Below are positions 59,970-64,000 of a stretch of DNA of 64,000 nt, piece by piece; positions within the stretch are counted from its first letter, which is position 1; each line of letters begins with the position of its first letter. Source of the DNA: the human T2T-CHM13v2.0 reference genome, Homo sapiens. The translations under genes and the position numbers were made by a program. The notes under the pieces were generated by a model, which saw nothing but the letters and a program-made list of their open reading frames with translations, was not told the origin of the DNA and did not search any database. The stretch lies in assembly GCF_009914755.1 (NCBI RefSeq), contig NC_060925.1; one strand, 5' to 3'.

Positions 59970-60334
59970 TGCCTTAGTCCATTTGGGCTGCTATGAAAAA
60001 AATCACAAACTGAGTTGCTTATTAATAACATAAATTTATTTCTCCCAATTCTGGAGGCTTGGAAGTCCATGATCAAGGCACTGGTATATTCAGTGTCTGG
60101 TGAAAGCCTGCTTCCTGCCTCATAGATGGCACCTTCTCAATGTGTTCTTACATAGTGGAAGGAACTAAGAGTCTCTCTCAGGTCTCTTGCATAAGGGCAC
60201 TAATCCCATGTATGAGTGTTCCATCCTTATACCTAATCACTACCCCAAAGGACTCACTTCCTAATACCATCGCCTTCGGGGTTAGGATTTCTATATATAA
60301 ATTTGGGGAGAAAGCAAACATTCAGCCCATGGCA
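59970..60334 (-). mobile_element. MLT1A/MSTD MaLR LTR
   Basis: ttagtccatttgggctgctat...gcaaacattcagcccatggca. Confidence 0.85.
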
Positions 60335-61309
60335 CCTGTATATAAGCAAACACTGGAAAGATATAGAAAACATTAATTAAAGTAGTTACATGTGGAGTCA
60401 GACAATAGGACTGGGCAAAAGAGAGAAAAAGGTGGGAGCAAGACTTTCATTGTACTATTTTGCATTTTTAATATTATTTTTGAATGACAAAAAGATATTA
60501 TCTATCCTAAAAATTGAATGATAAAAACTGTTGCAGAAAAATAACTCATAAAATTACCTCAGTACTACATTATTGAAACACAAGTAACTTCATTTGATCA
60601 GTACCTTGATTGAACAGTTTACATACACTAAATATGGAGCCAGAGAAATAGAAGTTTCCTCCGTTTTGGCTCCAGGAAGATTGTAGTGAGGGAGGAACTG
60701 GAACTGGGAAAGAATTTGTCACTGTTATTTATTAGAACCTGCAGGCCAGCAAGCATGTCAGGGATCTGAATAAAACAAAGCAAAAAGCATTATTAGCATC
60801 AAAAAACAACCACTGGCAGTGAGCAACGCCACTTGCAGAATGAATAAACAGGTGTATAGCCACTTAAAGCATAATTTCCACATAATAGAAGCAAATAGGT
60901 ACATAAAAGAGAAGCCACCCCACTGAGACTGAGAAAAATTGGACCACAGAGCAGTAAAATGGCACTGTTGTTGAAATAACAATCAAGTTAGTAGGTGATG
61001 AAAACAGAAAGAAAACAGTGAGGAAACCCTCCATACATTTAGCATCAGTCAATCCCTTTCTAGGTACAGCTCAAGGCCAACAGTTGAAAAGAAGCCTGCA
61101 CCCTAATGCTCCCATCTCTTAGTCTCAAAGTATAGTATTAAAAAGTGATATGTAGGGACAAGTAGGTTTCTCCCACCATGATTCCTAACAAGACTCTTCA
61201 CCAAAATCTGAACGATCAAAGGAGTGTAGCCACATTAATTAAAAACATAATTGAAGAATATAACAATGAATATAATTGGGAGTATTTTACCTATAGAAGA
61301 GAGGGGTAA

Positions 61310-61767
61310 TATTACTAAAACACCATGGGTTCAGTCTAGGCCTCGCCTCTTACCATGAGCAGAAAGCCAATGACTGAGACAAGAAGTATTGCTAAGGAAG
61401 AAGGTTTTAATTGGGTGCAGCAGCCAAGGAGATGGGAGATCAGTCTCAAATCCATCTCCCTGACTGACTAAAACTAGGGATTTAGATGGCAGTGAAGAAA
61501 TGTAACTATGTGTGAGAAAACAGGAACTCAGGAGGGGTAAGGAAGCAATCATAAGGAATGAGGGGCCTGGAGTCTCATTGTCTGAATGCGATCATCTGGT
61601 GAGTTGTAGTTCTTTGATACTTTTCAAGAGGCATGAGAGTCCTTTTCTGAGAAAGAAACTCAGGTAAAATAAATTAAGTGTTCAAGCTTTAAGACCAGAA
61701 GTGTCAATTTCTATGTTTATTCCCCTACCCCCACAAAAAAATCTATGGGACTATTGGGTCAGTTTCA
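61310..61767 (-). mobile_element. ERV1 MER4-group solo LTR (MER49-like)
   Basis: tattactaaaacacca...cagaaagccaatgactgagac...gggtcagtttca; 4-bp TSD GTAA. Confidence 0.75.
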
Positions 61768-62197
61768 GTAAGAAAAAGACCAACTATGATCAGCATCAAC
61801 CAGAACAAATATTATTTGATTACCAACCAGTTTAGGTCTTGGGAATTAGAGAATAAAAGAATAAACCTTGCCTCAAGGAGCTTAGGAGATAGGGCATATA
61901 CACTCAAAAAAAAAAAAAGTTGTAAACTGTTTCCTTTTGGGTCAATCCAGCACAGAAATATGTTATATTATAGAATGATACATTAATATTTAAAATATTA
62001 GGTAATTTCATATAAAACTTTGGATCTCAGCTTTGCTTCAAAACCAGGACACAGAGCATTATTGAGTGTTGAGAGGAGGAAGTGTTTCAGGGACCATGGG
62101 ATATATTTTGCACTGAAGACAAAAGAAGCACCATGTATGAACTGATGGGGACTGTGGCCTATAAAGCGCAGAGCAAGATGAAGTACAAAGTTGAGAG

Positions 62198-62581
62198 GTA
62201 TATTAGTCAGCTTGGGCTGCCACAACAAAATATCATAGACTGAATGGCTTAAACAAGATAAATTTGTTTTCTCCCACTTCTGGAGACTGGAAACCCAAGA
62301 TCAGAGTGCCACCATGGTCAGATCCTGTTGAGGGCTCTCTTTCTGGCTTGCAACCAGCTGCCTTCTCACTATGTCTTCAAATAATGCAGAGAGAAGCCCC
62401 CAATCCCATCATGAAGGCTCTACCCTCTTATAAGGCCCCCAATCCCATCATGTATGCTACCCTCTTGACCTAATCTAACTATAATTACCTCTGAGAATAC
62501 CCATCTCCAAATACTATCACACTGGGGGTCCGGACTTCAACAGATGAATTTGTGGAGGACACACTCATTCAGTCCATAACA
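62198..62581 (-). mobile_element. MLT1A-type MaLR LTR with ~38-bp internal duplication
   Basis: tattagtcagcttgggctgcc...cattcagtccataaca; gcccccaatcccatcatg occurs twice. Confidence 0.85.
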
Positions 62582-63499
62582 AGGAGCTAAGGTAAACCAC
62601 TTGCTAGATAATAGATTTGCATGTAATAAAAGCCTTGTTGGAAAAGACATGACTTTTCAATAATCTCATATCATCACTCTTTTATATTTTAAATTCAGTA
62701 TACTTAATAATCTTTCTTTACTCCAAACTTCACCCTTTATTTTACAATACAAATATTATTCCCCAAAATGTTATCTTGTACCCCTTCCTACTCCTATTTA
62801 TCATTTCTAGCCAAGGTAATGTACAATCCATTTCATACCAGTTATATACATAAAGCCATGAGCTCAATTTCACAAACCACATGAGAAAATTTGCCTTGTT
62901 AATTTATATTTGCTTTTCATACAAAATAATATTTTTAATTAGTAGAGATTTAGAATCTTGTCAATAATAAAATTAGTTAATTCAGTGATGCTAAAGAGAG
63001 TCAAATAAGGTAATGTTTTACTTTAAAATTAATTACCTGTGCACATTCTTTAATAATAAAGAAGCATTTCACTTATTTTGTAAAACTGCCGTTAAATATT
63101 TAATATTTTAAAACATCCTGTTAAGATTTGCTTTTGTCCATAATAATCACCATATTTACAACATTATTCTCCATTGCAGCTCTTTTCTTTGAAAGCGGGT
63201 GGCTTGAATTTCATAATTAGTAAAATAGAGCATCAAAATGCAACTTTTGTCAAGATCCTAAAAGAATAAACTTACATCAGAATAAGGTCCAAATTATACT
63301 GGTGTTAGAGCCAATGAAATCAGCAAAACAGGGGCTCCCTCTTAGTGCTCCATGTACAACTTTACCTTTAGAGGTCTTCACCTCACCATCAGAGTCCCTG
63401 AAGCTGGGTTTGGAATCAGCATTTGCTCTGAGAAATGCAGGAAAAGAATGAGCTTATCTTTGACAAGAATGTTAATGCAAAAGAGACCTCAAAACCTGT

Positions 63500-63690
63500 A
63501 TAACCAATTTACAGATTTGAACCACTATCACAGCTCTACCACTTACTAGCTCTTTGGCCATTTAAGCTGTCTGAAATGCAGTGTCCTCATCTGCAAAAGT
63601 GGTATGATAATAATGCCTATTACCTAGAATTATCATGAATTAAGTTCTTAGCACAGTGTCCTACTAAAAGAAAGCAATTCAATACAGACA
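63500..63690 (+). mobile_element. MIR SINE
   Basis: cagctctaccacttactagct...cctcatctgcaaaagtgg...ttagcacagtgtc. Confidence 0.65.
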
Positions 63691-63812
63691 AAAGAGCCAA
63701 ATGAATACACGAATTTATTTTCCCTCCTTCCTGAAACCATATGATATTAGTTGCGTTGTTTTGTTCTGTTGTTTTGTTTTGCATTACTTTGATTTTTTCA
63801 ATATGCAAAGCC

Positions 63813-63885
63813 GAGAAGAGAAAAGAAGAGGAGGGAAGAGGAGGGGAGGGGAGGGGAGGGGAGGGGAGGAAAGGGAAGAAGAGCG
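63813..63885 (+). repeat. Polypurine (GGAGG)n/(GA)-rich tract
   Basis: gaggggaggggaggggagggg; G4/H-DNA-capable composition. Confidence 0.9.
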
Positions 63886-64000
63886 GCAAAAGTTTCAAAG
63901 CCAGAAAGTAAATAATTGACTAATGGTAACTGACAGCAAACCCAAGAAAGCAAAATACAAAGCTGGTACTGGGAGAAGTGAGAAGCAACCCTATCTATTT

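Larger units (their letters stand above)
54570..60530 (+). mobile_element. L1ME ORF2/3' end in two pieces (54570-54730; 59065-60530)
   Basis: L1 sequence stops at ...tattaaagag and resumes ttcaaatgttaaaaaaatgaaattataaa; later atacaaattaaaact, tttgacctagtaatactgcttctgggaat. Confidence 0.65.

Noticed and set aside
61428-61460. Hairpin ggagatgg...ccatctcc
   Set aside because: Appears to be an intrinsic part of the LTR consensus.

Overview
This is AT-rich primate (human-like) genomic DNA, intergenic or deep intronic, with no supportable protein-coding exon, RNA gene, CpG island or prokaryotic system. Well over half of it is interspersed repeat: about 11 Alus, L1s of several ages, L2/MIR/CR1 fossils, about 20 solo LTRs (MaLR, ERVL, ERV1) and Tigger/hAT DNA transposons, often nested. 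The ORF track contains only L1 ORF2 debris, Alu-derived frames and chance ORFs. The notable observations concern genome mechanics and fossils. They are: (1) a very decayed hAT (Tip100/ZMYM1-like) transposase readable as collinear motifs at ~1.7-3.0 kb; (2) an Alu-5'/L1-3' chimera inside one 18-bp TSD; (3) a twin-primed inverted L1PA carrying a ~48-bp micro-L1; (4) a near-full-length L2 inserted inside an L1ME; (5) a 116-bp templated insertion; (6) two nested palindromic structures at 5.1 kb and 52.9 kb. I found no evidence for a new gene system. Subfamily names come from recalled consensus sequences, and boundaries of old elements are approximate.
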